Assembly: GCA_965205855.1 (NCBI GenBank)
Contig: OZ242184.1
Location: forward strand, 800,001-864,000
Length of the DNA stretch: 64,000 bases
From: Thermodesulfobacteriota bacterium
GTDB lineage: Bacteria; Desulfobacterota_D; UBA1144; Nemesobacterales; Mycalebacteriaceae
Direction: 5' to 3'
Part shown: one piece after another, positions 1 through 8,998 of the stretch
Position numbering within the stretch: position 1 is the first letter of the stretch
Layout: each line of letters opens with the position of its first letter
Notes under the pieces: generated by a model
Told to the model about the DNA's origin: nothing
Databases searched by the model: none
What the model saw: the letters and a program-made list of their open reading frames with translations, nothing else
Translations under genes and position numbers: made by a program

Positions 1-323
1 TAAAGCCCTTGAAGCGAAGATTGACCCAGAGCGCACAGAGCGCCCCGGTTTATCGGGCTGTCGGGATTGCCTTCCATTTTGATGGCTCGCCCTTCTCTTG
101 TTTTTACGACAACACCGCAACCGGCCGGACACTCGCGGCAGGTGCTTGAGTAGTAGTCCGGCACTCCCGGAACGGAGTTCTCCGGTGGAATTACGTATGG
201 GATAATTTGCTCAAGCGGTTCAGAGGAGCAGGCGCCCGATACGGCGGTCACGCCACCGGTTACTCCCATGACTTTAAGAAAATCGCGTCTGCTTATGCCT
301 TCTTTGCTGTGTTTGTCTTTCAA
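1..323 (-). CDS. ActB/QrcB-like molybdopterin-oxidoreductase-family subunit, N-terminal part (runs off window start)
   Basis: Hand translation from TTG at 323 (RBS GGAGG): MKDKHSKEGISRRDFLKVMGVTGGVTAVSGACSS...STCRECPAGCG...EGRAIKMEGNPDSPINRGALC; Tat signal; directly downstream of a pentaheme cytochrome. Confidence 0.8.
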   Translation of the reverse strand, partial: MKDKHSKEGISRRDFLKVMGVTGGVTAVSGACSSEPLEQIIPYVIPPENSVPGVPDYYSSTCRECPAGCGVVVKTREGRAIKMEGNPDSPINRGALCALGQSSLQGL

Positions 324-348
324 CTCAGTCCTCCAATCTAATTTGCCC

Positions 349-921
349 TCAATAGTGGCAAGTCAGGCAGTCTTTCAATTCCTTTTTATGATATTCATTT
401 GAGGCGTTTTCCTCATGACACGCTATGCAGAAACCCATGTTCAGTTTCTCCGCTTTTCCGACCACATCCATTTTTTCAACTTCGCCGTGGCAGGTTTTAC
501 ACTCAATGCCCTTTTTGATATGGCGTTTGTGGCTGAACTGGACAAATTCCGCCATTGAAGAGACTTTTATCCATGGTATCGGTTCTTTCCTATCCCAGTA
601 GTCGCGCACCTTGGCTATTTCTTTGCGCAAGTTGATAACCTTGCCTTCATCGGTTTTGTACTCCATATCCCTGCCTTGAATATGCGTATGGCACCCCATG
701 CACTTTTGAACGGAAGGAATTCCGGGATGGGTTGAAACATCAACATAGCTATGACAGGTCCGGCACTCTATTTTATTGTCTCCCGCATGTATTTTATGGC
801 TGAAAAGTATCGGCTGCTCGGGGCCCTTTTCATGCGCCGGTATTTCCTGCAAAAATAACAAAAAAAAGAACCCGAAAATTACAAGGGAAAACACAACCGT
901 CTTTGCCAGATTTAGTTTCAT
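349..921 (-). CDS. Membrane-anchored pentaheme cytochrome c (ActA/QrcA-like)
   Basis: N-terminal TM helix; five CxxCH motifs (CRTCH, CMGCH, CKTCH, CIACH, CLTCH); QPILFSHKIHAG motif. Confidence 0.85.
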   Translation of the reverse strand: MKLNLAKTVVFSLVIFGFFFLLFLQEIPAHEKGPEQPILFSHKIHAGDNKIECRTCHSYVDVSTHPGIPSVQKCMGCHTHIQGRDMEYKTDEGKVINLRKEIAKVRDYWDRKEPIPWIKVSSMAEFVQFSHKRHIKKGIECKTCHGEVEKMDVVGKAEKLNMGFCIACHEENASNEYHKKELKDCLTCHY

Positions 922-1010
922 CTACGGGTATATGTCTGGTGTTATAGCTTCACGCTCCATACATAATATGCAGGATGCGCGAGCGTAAAATAACATAACT
1001 GAACGGAGTG

Positions 1011-1760
1011 TCAAATATCTGCTTCTTCATCAAGCAGACCGCATAAATCGGATGTGAAAAACTCGCGGCAGGGTTTCTCCTCCAGAGCCGCCACGACTCC
1101 TCCTTCAACATCCAAAACCGCAAAAAAAGGAATGACTCCGACAATCTTTTCCGCCGCTTTATTTTCTCTTAAAAATAGAAGATTTGTTTTCTCGCACAGC
1201 TTTGCTTCGGTCGGATATCCGCATATCACCACTCCCGTGATTTGAAGGTTTCTCGCTCTTGCCACTTCAACGGTCAGGAGCGTATGGTTGATGGTTCCAA
1301 GCCCCGGTTTTGCGGCAATAATGGTTTGAAAACCCAAATCCATGGCGAAATCTGCCATATAGTAGTTTTTTTTTATCGGAACAAGCAACCCGCCTGCTCC
1401 TTCAACAATTACCGCGTCATGTTTCTCTGCTTCCGTTTCAATGATCTTCGCAATCAACGGCATATCAAATTCCACATTCTCAATCTGCGCCGCAACCATA
1501 GGGGCGAGAGCTTCCTTCAGCCTGTAGGGGCTTGACACATCAGGATTGAAACGCTTTTTCATTGAGAGGTGGACAAAATCCGCGTCAGCAACCACATCTT
1601 CGGAGCAACCGGTTTGAAACGGTTTTATCATTGATACTGTTTTTCCACTCTCCATAAGACAACGGGCGAGAGCGGCGCAAACAACGGTTTTACCCGCTCC
1701 GGTATCGGTTCCGGTAACAAAGAAACGCAGTTTTGCTTTTTCTGGTCTTTTTCCCCGCAA
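1011..1760 (-). CDS. bioD: Dethiobiotin synthase
   Basis: FVTGTDTGAGKT, KPFQTG, VEGAGGLLVP, LGTINHT motifs. Confidence 0.95.
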   Translation of the reverse strand: MRGKRPEKAKLRFFVTGTDTGAGKTVVCAALARCLMESGKTVSMIKPFQTGCSEDVVADADFVHLSMKKRFNPDVSSPYRLKEALAPMVAAQIENVEFDMPLIAKIIETEAEKHDAVIVEGAGGLLVPIKKNYYMADFAMDLGFQTIIAAKPGLGTINHTLLTVEVARARNLQITGVVICGYPTEAKLCEKTNLLFLRENKAAEKIVGVIPFFAVLDVEGGVVAALEEKPCREFFTSDLCGLLDEEADI

Positions 1761-1764
1761 AGAG

Positions 1765-2223
1765 CTAAAAAGAAATCTCCTCTATTTTCTTCAAGATTTC
1801 GTCACCGTGAGAATGAGTGTCAACTTTCTTCCAGATATGCCTGATTTTCCCTTTGTTATCGACAAGAAAAGTAACCCGCCGTGCCGTATTTGAGGGGCTT
1901 ACAACACCGTATAAATTGATGATTGTCCTTTCCCTATCGCTGACAAGTGTATAGTTCAATTCGTTTTTGTCTCTGAAGCCTTCGTGAGATTTTATGCTGT
2001 CGGTGCTGACTCCCAGCAGTGTGAATCCCTTGTTTGTTATATCTTTTTCCTTGTCTCTGAGGGAGCACGCCTCACGTGTGCAACCGGGAGTGTTATCTCT
2101 TGGATAGAAACATATTACCGCGCCACCGTCTTTGATGATATTTGAAAGACTGACTTTTTCATTGCCGTAAGTCTCGGCTTTGAAAACCGGCGCTTTGTCT
2201 CCAATTTTGAGGTTTGCAGGCAT
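1765..2223 (-). CDS. bcp: Peroxiredoxin, BCP/PrxQ family
   Basis: FYPRDNTPGCTREAC motif; likely start MPANLKIGD at 2223. Confidence 0.9.
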   Translation of the reverse strand: MPANLKIGDKAPVFKAETYGNEKVSLSNIIKDGGAVICFYPRDNTPGCTREACSLRDKEKDITNKGFTLLGVSTDSIKSHEGFRDKNELNYTLVSDRERTIINLYGVVSPSNTARRVTFLVDNKGKIRHIWKKVDTHSHGDEILKKIEEISF

Positions 2224-2230
2224 TATTTTC

Positions 2231-2560
2231 CTATATATTGAAGCTTTCCCTTGCGGCTTCACTCATCATTTCCGGTGTCCACGGGGGGTCCCAGACAACC
2301 TCAATATCGGTTTCTTCCACGCCTTCTATTTCATTTGTGAGCATCTTTACTTCGGCGACTATCTGCCCCGCCGCAGGACATCCCGGAGAAGTCATTGTCA
2401 TACGGATTTTGACTTTTTTCCCGTCAATATCAACTTTGTAAACAAGCCCGAGGTTCACTATATCAACGGGAATTTCAGGATCGTAAATGCCTCCGAGAAT
2501 CTCAAAAACCTTTGCTTCGGTAACTTTTACTCCGGGATTGCTGTTCTGGTTGTTATCCAT
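2231..2560 (-). CDS. DUF59/SufT-like Fe-S cluster assembly protein
   Basis: DPEIPVDIVNLGLVY, MTMTSPGCP, VWDPPWTPEMMSE motifs. Confidence 0.9.
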   Translation of the reverse strand: MDNNQNSNPGVKVTEAKVFEILGGIYDPEIPVDIVNLGLVYKVDIDGKKVKIRMTMTSPGCPAAGQIVAEVKMLTNEIEGVEETDIEVVWDPPWTPEMMSEAARESFNI

Positions 2561-2578
2561 TCTACTGCTTTGGGTTTT

Positions 2579-3088
2579 TTATAATAATGATTTTACGGCT
2601 TTGAAAGCCGCTTCGTAGTCCGGCTCATCTGCAACTTCTTTTACATATTCCACATGCCGGACAATATCCTTTTCATCAATAACGAATACAGCTCTCGCGA
2701 GCAGGCGGTTTTCGTTTATTAAAACTCCGTAGGATTCTCCGAAAGACGCTTTTTCATGGTCGCTAAGGCAGGAAATTGCATCAATGCAAGCGTCTTTTAA
2801 ATAGCGCGACTGGGTAAACGGAAGATCCATACTAACCGTAAGAACTTCAACGCTGTCCGGCAGAGATTGAACTTCTTTGGCGAAACGTTTTGTTTGAGCG
2901 TCACATACGGGGGTGTCAACCGAAACAACCACATTGAATATTTTTATATTTCCTTTTAAGTCCGAAAGGGAAACTTTGTTTCCGGGACCCAGCAAAGAGA
3001 CAAAATCAGGTGCCTTGTCTCCCTCTTTAACTTCCATCCCGGCAAGTGTGAGAGGGTTTCCCTTCATTGTTACTATTCTTTTATGCAT
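2579..3088 (-). CDS. tpx: Thiol peroxidase Tpx
   Basis: VTMKGNPLTL, SVDTPVC, SMDLPF, LARAVFVID, EPDYE motifs. Confidence 0.92.
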   Translation of the reverse strand: MHKRIVTMKGNPLTLAGMEVKEGDKAPDFVSLLGPGNKVSLSDLKGNIKIFNVVVSVDTPVCDAQTKRFAKEVQSLPDSVEVLTVSMDLPFTQSRYLKDACIDAISCLSDHEKASFGESYGVLINENRLLARAVFVIDEKDIVRHVEYVKEVADEPDYEAAFKAVKSLL

Positions 3089-3336
3089 TCTTTCTCCTTT
3101 AGTGGAAATTCTCCAAAACTTTATAGAATTTATCCCTGTTATTCAATTTTCTTCATCATTATATAAAGGCATTTGCGGTTTTCTGTTCCTCAAGTCTTGT
3201 TTTGTTGGTCAAGTTTTCCGTTTTCACAATTGTGGAATTTTTCCGAAATGCTGTTCGTCCTGCTGTTTCTTTCTTCGTTTGTAAAGGTGTTTTGTGACAA
3301 AAAACCCGCAACGGAGGGATGAGTTGTCTTTCCGTC

Positions 3337-3648
3337 TTAAGAGTCGTCATTGCCATGTTTTCTGTTGAGTGCATCCGTTCCTACCTTGGCGTCAATCATT
3401 GCAAACACAGTCAGCAGAAAACTGGCAATCATATAAGCGAAAAAGGTGCCTTTTTCCTCTTCGGCAATAATTCTTTCCATCCACTTGTAAACCAAGTCCT
3501 TGTTCAGATAGGCAATGAGGAAATTCAAGCTCAGAAGCAAGAGTCCTTTTTGAAAGAATCCGCTGTAAAAATGTCCCAATCCCGGAAGCAATGCGGAAAG
3601 TGTAACGGCTAACCACGGTCTTTTTCTCCGGAAATTCATTTTGCCCAT
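3337..3648 (-). CDS. Small membrane protein (TM2/DUF5683-like)
   Basis: LSALLPGLGHFY motif, hydrophobic segments; overlaps the trpC stop. Confidence 0.65.
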   Translation of the reverse strand: MGKMNFRRKRPWLAVTLSALLPGLGHFYSGFFQKGLLLLSLNFLIAYLNKDLVYKWMERIIAEEEKGTFFAYMIASFLLTVFAMIDAKVGTDALNRKHGNDDS

Positions 3649-4433
3649 CCTTGAATTATAGCGGAAAGCGCCTTTCCCGGATTTGAAGACATCATCAAGC
3701 CTTCTCCGACAAGAAAGGCATTTATGCCATATTCTGATAAAACAACCATTTCACTTGAGGATGTTATACCGCTTTCTGAAACTATTACTTTATCTTTGTT
3801 AATTAGGGGAGCAAGCCTTTTTGATACGGACAGGTCCACTTCAAAACTTTCCAAGTCCCTGTTGTTTATTCCTATAACCAAGCTTTGGGCGTCAAGAGCC
3901 ATTTCCACTTCGGATTCCTTGTGAACCTCAACAAGAGGCTCCATTCCAAGAGAGCGCGAGACACTTAGCAATTCCGACAACCGGCTTGTGCTTTCCATTG
4001 CCGCTACTATCAGAAGAACTGCGTCCGCTCCGTGTGCCCTTGATTCGTATATCTGGTGTGGGTCAACCAAGAAATCTTTTCTAAGAACCGGAACGGAGAC
4101 TTCCCGCTTTGCCTTTTGCATATTGGAAAGGCTTCCCTGAAAAAAATTTTCATCTGTCAGCACAGAAAGCGCCGCCGCGCCATTTTGCTGATACTGCTTC
4201 GCGGTCAAAACAGGGTCGAAATTTTCGGCGATAACACCTTTGGAAGGCGATGCCTTTTTTATCTCCGCTATTATTCTGGGCTGCACGCCGCGCAGAAGAG
4301 ATGAAGAAAAATCGCGCGGCGGGGAAGCTTCCGCCGCCAGGGTTTCCAATTCACTTCGGGAAAACCGTTTTTTCAGTTCGGCAATTTCCAGTTTTTTGTA
4401 ATCAAGAACCTTTGAGAGTATGGAGCTTGACAC
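3636..4433 (-). CDS. trpC: Indole-3-glycerol phosphate synthase
   Basis: IIAEIKKASPSKG, LSVLTD, LRKDF, IGINNRDL, VSESGI motifs. Confidence 0.97.
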   Translation of the reverse strand: MSSSILSKVLDYKKLEIAELKKRFSRSELETLAAEASPPRDFSSSLLRGVQPRIIAEIKKASPSKGVIAENFDPVLTAKQYQQNGAAALSVLTDENFFQGSLSNMQKAKREVSVPVLRKDFLVDPHQIYESRAHGADAVLLIVAAMESTSRLSELLSVSRSLGMEPLVEVHKESEVEMALDAQSLVIGINNRDLESFEVDLSVSKRLAPLINKDKVIVSESGITSSSEMVVLSEYGINAFLVGEGLMMSSNPGKALSAIIQGWAK

Positions 4434-4437
4434 AAAA

Positions 4438-5472
4438 CTAAACCTTCCCCAAATTTGTTGAGAGCCTCGTCAGATCTTTCAATTTGGAAACAGCCGCACC
4501 GCTTTCAAGGGATTGTTTTGCCAGTTTGAAAGCCGAATACATATCGTCTGTCCGTCCGGAAACGTATATTGCGGCTGCGGCATTTAAAAGGGCCGCATCC
4601 GTTTTCGCGCCTTTTGAAGTGTTGTCAAGTACCGCCGTCATAATGGCGGCGTTTTCGGCCGCATTTAAGCCGCCTTTGAGCTCACCGGGTTTTGCGCTCT
4701 TAATCCCGAATTCTTTCGGGTCAATCAAATACCGCCTGACCGAACCGTCCGCCGCCAGTTCCGAAACTTCAGTCTTATCGGAAACCGTTATTTCGTCCAT
4801 TCCATCTTTTCCGCATACAACCATACACCTGTGCAGACCGAGAATCTTTGCGGTGTTTGCCATTGTCGTCATTATTCCGGTTGAAGGGACGCCTACAACC
4901 TGTTTTTTCACCATACCCGGGTTGACCAGGGGCCCGAGAATGTTAAATGAAGTTCTGATTCCCATTTCTCTTCTGATTTGAGAAACATTTTTCATTGAAG
5001 GATGGAAAACGGGGGCAAAAAGAAAGGTTATACCGGAACTTTCAAGGCAACGCTCGGCGGTTTTTAAATCCATGTCGATTTTCACTCCGGCGGCCTCAAG
5101 CACATCAGCGCTGCCGACAAGACTTGAAACAGAGCGGTTGCCGTGTTTTGCAACACAAACCCCAGCTCCCGCGGCTATGAAAGATGCGGTGGTGGAGATG
5201 TTGAATGTCCCTTTTGAATCGCCTCCCGTGCCGCAAAGGTCAACGGTATCTTCTTGACACCCTATCGTATGCGCACGCGCAATCATCGCTTTGACAGCTC
5301 CCGTCAGCTCTTCGGGAGTTTCCCCTTTTATCCTCAAAGCGGTAAGGAAAGAGGCAGTCTGCGCTGGAGTTAATCCCCCTTCCAATACGCTGTGAAAGAC
5401 GCTTTCAACGGTTTCCTTTTTAAGGTTTTTACCTTGGACAAGGCTTTCAATTAAAAACGCGATTTCAGGCAT
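4438..5472 (-). CDS. trpD: Anthranilate phosphoribosyltransferase
   Basis: DLCGTGGD, FNIST, KHGNRSVSS motifs; likely start at 5472. Confidence 0.97.
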   Translation of the reverse strand: MPEIAFLIESLVQGKNLKKETVESVFHSVLEGGLTPAQTASFLTALRIKGETPEELTGAVKAMIARAHTIGCQEDTVDLCGTGGDSKGTFNISTTASFIAAGAGVCVAKHGNRSVSSLVGSADVLEAAGVKIDMDLKTAERCLESSGITFLFAPVFHPSMKNVSQIRREMGIRTSFNILGPLVNPGMVKKQVVGVPSTGIMTTMANTAKILGLHRCMVVCGKDGMDEITVSDKTEVSELAADGSVRRYLIDPKEFGIKSAKPGELKGGLNAAENAAIMTAVLDNTSKGAKTDAALLNAAAAIYVSGRTDDMYSAFKLAKQSLESGAAVSKLKDLTRLSTNLGKV

Positions 5473-5908
5473 TGGGGATTGTTTTCTCCACCGGGATTCT
5501 GTCAAGAACGCCATTTACAAACGCTCTCGACTTTTCCGTCCCGTATTTTGAGGCAATCTCCACTGCCTCGTTGATGCTGACCGCTTTGTCTATGTCGTTT
5601 ATATAGAGAAGTTCATAGACCGCCACTCTCATTATGTTGATATCCACGGGAGACATACGTGAAATTTTCCAGTGTTCGGAGAAGGTTTCTATTTTGGAAT
5701 CTATCTCTTCAATGTTTTTACAAACACCCTCGCTGAGGTTCCGGGCAAACTCTCTGTCCGGCAACACTTTTTCGCCGGTTGTTTTTGTGAAGTTCTCAAA
5801 ATCTTTTTCTGTAAACTCTCCCGTGAAACCGGAAGTGAAAAGTCCGTTTGCATGGCATTGGTAGAGAAATTGAAAAGCAAATTCTCTGGAAAGCCGTCTT
5901 TTTTTCAT
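5465..5908 (-). CDS. nusB: Transcription antitermination factor NusB
   Basis: RRLSREFAFQFLY, INEAVEIASKY, FVNGVLD motifs; follows ribH. Confidence 0.95.
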   Translation of the reverse strand: MKKRRLSREFAFQFLYQCHANGLFTSGFTGEFTEKDFENFTKTTGEKVLPDREFARNLSEGVCKNIEEIDSKIETFSEHWKISRMSPVDINIMRVAVYELLYINDIDKAVSINEAVEIASKYGTEKSRAFVNGVLDRIPVEKTIPNA

Positions 5909-5931
5909 GATTTTTTGTTCCGGAAAGAAAA

Positions 5932-6396
5932 CTACAGAGATTTTACCAGAGAAGCCATTTCAATCGCAGAAAGAGCCGCTTCGGCGCCTCTGTTTCCAGA
6001 TTTCCCCCCCGCTCTTTCAATCGCCTGTTCAAGGGTGTCTGTGGTTACAACTCCGTTGGCAACCGGAATGCCCGATTCAATTCCCACAGAGGAAAGCCCG
6101 CTTGAAACTTCCGAGGCAAGGAGGTCAAAGTGCGAAGTCTCACCTCGTATTATTGACCCTATTGCTATTACTGCAGAGTATTTTTTTGACTGAGCCGCCT
6201 TTTTTACCACGAAGGGAATCTCAAAAGAGCCGGGAACCTTGATGACCGTAATGTTTGAGTCGGCGACTCCGTGCCTGACAAGAGCATCAACGGCTCCTTC
6301 AAGCAAAGGCGTGGTCGCGATTGAGTTGACCCTGCTTGAGACTATGGCGAATTTCAATTGCTTTGCATCCATTTTTCCTTCTTTATATCGGGGCAT
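5932..6396 (-). CDS. ribH: 6,7-dimethyl-8-ribityllumazine synthase
   Basis: VPGSFEIP, IRGETSHFD, QAIERAGGKSGNRG motifs. Confidence 0.96.
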   Translation of the reverse strand: MPRYKEGKMDAKQLKFAIVSSRVNSIATTPLLEGAVDALVRHGVADSNITVIKVPGSFEIPFVVKKAAQSKKYSAVIAIGSIIRGETSHFDLLASEVSSGLSSVGIESGIPVANGVVTTDTLEQAIERAGGKSGNRGAEAALSAIEMASLVKSL

Positions 6397-6412
6397 GGTT
6401 TTTCCTCCGTGT

Positions 6413-7627
6413 TCAGTCAACCATTGAAAGCAGATGACCCAGTTTTCTCTTCTTTACAAGAAGATAATCTTTGTTGTTGTTGTTGGGAAGTATTTCAATC
6501 GGAACTCTTTCTCCTATGGTCAGACCGAATCCGTCGAGACCTCTTACTTTTCTCGGGTTGTTTGTCATAAGTTTCATTTTGCTTACGCCAAGGTCACGTA
6601 AAATCTGAGCGCCAATTCCGTAGTCTCTGAGGTCTTTTTTGAATCCGAGAGCCTCATTGGCTTCCACCGTATCCATTCCCTTATCCTGAAGGTTGTAGGC
6701 TTTTATCTTGTTAAGCAAACCAATCCCGCGTCCTTCCTGTCTGAGATAAAGTATTACACCCTCGCCTTTTTCTGCCACCATCTTCATTGCCTGTCTCAAC
6801 TGAGGCCCGCAATCACAGCGCAGAGAATGAAAAACATCGCTTGTAAGACATTCCGAATGGACACGGACAAGAGTCTCTTTTGAGTTTTTAATATCTCCCA
6901 TTGTCAGTGCAAAATGCTGGGAGCCGTCCAGTTCGTTACTGTAGACAAAGGCGTCAAAAACACCGTATTCGGTTGGAATCTGGGTGAACGCTTCTTGAGT
7001 TACGAATGACTCTTTTTGCAGTCTGTAGCTTATAAGGTCGGCGATTGCCGCCATCCTTATGTTATGTTTACGCGAAAACTCGACAAGTTCGTTCATCCTT
7101 GCCATGTGCCCGTCGCTTTTCATTATCTCACATATGACAGCCGAGGATTTAAGTCCCGCGAGACGCGCGAGGTCAACAGAGGCTTCGGTATGTCCGGCGC
7201 GAACAAGCACGCCCCCTTTTCTTGCAATAAGGGGAAACATATGTCCGGGGCGGACAAAATCCGACGGTTTGGAATCTTTCTCCACTACGCGCCGTATTGT
7301 TTTTGCTCTGTCATAAGCGGAAATCCCCGTTGTAATGCCTTCTTTGACGTCTATTGAGACCGCGAAGGCGGTGTGCTGCGAGCCGCCGTGGGTGTTTTCC
7401 GGCTCCATCAGCTTCAATCCTATTCTTTTCGCGTTTCCACCTGTGAGAGCGAGGCATATAAGCCCCTTGCCATGAGTCGCCATAAAGTTTATGGATTCCG
7501 GGGTCGCAAATTCCGCGGCAATGACAAGGTCTCCCTCGTTTTCCCTGTCTTTATCGTCAACAAGAATTAAAAATTTCCCGCTCTTTATGGTCTCAATGGC
7601 GGTTTGTATATCCATTAAATCAGACAT
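6413..7627 (-). CDS. ribBA: Bifunctional DHBP synthase / GTP cyclohydrolase II
   Basis: DRENEGD, RAGHTEA, VRVHSECLT, CDCG, QEGRGIGL motifs. Confidence 0.97.
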   Translation of the reverse strand: MSDLMDIQTAIETIKSGKFLILVDDKDRENEGDLVIAAEFATPESINFMATHGKGLICLALTGGNAKRIGLKLMEPENTHGGSQHTAFAVSIDVKEGITTGISAYDRAKTIRRVVEKDSKPSDFVRPGHMFPLIARKGGVLVRAGHTEASVDLARLAGLKSSAVICEIMKSDGHMARMNELVEFSRKHNIRMAAIADLISYRLQKESFVTQEAFTQIPTEYGVFDAFVYSNELDGSQHFALTMGDIKNSKETLVRVHSECLTSDVFHSLRCDCGPQLRQAMKMVAEKGEGVILYLRQEGRGIGLLNKIKAYNLQDKGMDTVEANEALGFKKDLRDYGIGAQILRDLGVSKMKLMTNNPRKVRGLDGFGLTIGERVPIEILPNNNNKDYLLVKKRKLGHLLSMVD

Positions 7628-7774
7628 ATTGCTTCCTTTGCTTCCGCTTTGCTTATATTCGCTTATGCGGAGCGTTTGTCAATACGTTGTTAGGTTTGTC
7701 CCAGCGGTTTGACTTTGCGTCCGCTATGTGTAATTTTTCAACCAAACCACGGGGATTGCGGAAGCGGAGGAAAG

Positions 7775-7933
7775 ATGTCCTTGTTTTTCAATTTGCTAAG
7801 AATCCTTTCTCAAGAAAACCTCGAAGATTTTGACGAAGAAGAAATCCTTGAATTACTTGAAAATGAAGATTGGGAAGAGATAGAAGAGTTTATTGAGAGG
7901 GAAGCGGAAGTTTCCAGCAGAATTCTTCACTGA
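7775..7933 (+). CDS. Small, highly acidic hypothetical protein (52 aa)
   Basis: GGAGG RBS before ATG at 7775; fills the gap between ribBA and tRNA-Leu. Confidence 0.6.
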   Translation: MSLFFNLLRILSQENLEDFDEEEILELLENEDWEEIEEFIEREAEVSSRILH

Positions 7934-7986
7934 CTTCCATATTTTGTTATTGAATTTTTGCTTACAAACACGGAAGGCGTGTTCAA

Positions 7987-8070
7987 TGCCCGGGGCCGGA
8001 TTTGAACCGGCATGGGTTTTATCCCGAGGGATTTTAAGTCCCTTGCGTCTACCAGTTTCGCCACCCGGGC
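7987..8070 (-). tRNA. tRNA-Leu(TAA)
   Basis: GCCCGGGTGGCGAAACTGGTAGACGC...GGGACTTAAAATCCC...GGTTCAAATCC; long variable arm. Confidence 0.95.
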
Positions 8071-8089
8071 GGGTTCGGATTAAAAAATA

Positions 8090-8161
8090 AGGCGGCGCCC
8101 GGAATCGAACCGGGGTATAACGGTTTTGCAGACCGTTGCCTTACCTCTTGGCTACGCCGCC
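8090..8161 (-). tRNA. tRNA-Cys(GCA)
   Basis: GGCGGCGTAGCCAAGAGG...ACGGTCTGCAAAACCGT...GGTTCGATTCC. Confidence 0.95.
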
Positions 8162-8213
8162 GTTTGTCAGAATTCATTAGTATCGCTCAAATGTCCCGTA
8201 TTGTAAAAGATAC

Positions 8214-8984
8214 TTATACTGTCAATGTGCGGTCCAAAACGGCTTTTCCCCCTATTCTGACTCTTTCCCCTTCAACTTCAGTGCGGACAACCCCTCCTCT
8301 TTGCGAAACTTGCAATCCTTTCAGTTTCCTTCTTCCGGTTTTTTCAGCCCAGTAAGGAGCAAGGCAACAGTGAGAGGAGCCGGTAACGGGGTCTTCATCT
8401 ATGCCGATTCGCGGAGCAAAAAACCTTGAAATGAAGTCGTATCCGCTTCTGTCCGATGCGCTGGTTACGATTATGCCGCGACACTCCAGGCCGCGCAGAT
8501 TGTCCAAATCGGGACGGATCTGCGCAACATCACCGGGGTTTTTCAACTCTATCAGATAGTCGAACCGGTTTTTTGCCGTATAAACAACTTCCGCTCCGAG
8601 AATGCCGAAAATCCCAGCAGGAGCGGCGCATGGTTTTTCTCTTTCCGCGGGAAAATCCATTTCTATAATTCCTGATTTTATTTCCGCGCCGAGATTATAA
8701 TCAGACGACACAAAGGAAATTGTTCCTTTGTGTTTGTTTCGCAAAATTATGTATGCGGCGGCGAGTGTCGCGTGTCCGCACAGAGAGATTTCGGTTTCGG
8801 GAGTCCACCATCGTATAAAAAAACAACCATTGTCTTTCCTGATAAAAGCCGTCTCGGAAAGCCCAATTTTTGAGGCGATTTTTTTCATTTCCGAATCAGG
8901 TGGAAAAGAGTCAACCGGACAAACGCCCGCCGGATTGCCGAGAAATCCGTCTTCCACAAATGAGTTGACAATAAAAACTTCCAT
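8214..8984 (-). CDS. PhzF-family isomerase/epimerase
   Basis: GNPAGVC, LSETAF, LCGHATLA, EDPVTGS motifs; start MEVFIVNSF. Confidence 0.92.
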   Translation of the reverse strand: MEVFIVNSFVEDGFLGNPAGVCPVDSFPPDSEMKKIASKIGLSETAFIRKDNGCFFIRWWTPETEISLCGHATLAAAYIILRNKHKGTISFVSSDYNLGAEIKSGIIEMDFPAEREKPCAAPAGIFGILGAEVVYTAKNRFDYLIELKNPGDVAQIRPDLDNLRGLECRGIIVTSASDRSGYDFISRFFAPRIGIDEDPVTGSSHCCLAPYWAEKTGRRKLKGLQVSQRGGVVRTEVEGERVRIGGKAVLDRTLTV

Positions 8985-8998
8985 ATCAGTTACGTTGG

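Noticed and set aside
3159-3374. 71-aa ORF between tpx and the membrane protein
   Set aside because: No recognisable motif or clear RBS and it overlaps a neighbour; probably intergenic.
7628-7770. FMN riboswitch upstream of ribBA
   Set aside because: No RFN consensus elements are visible; only promoter-like sequence.
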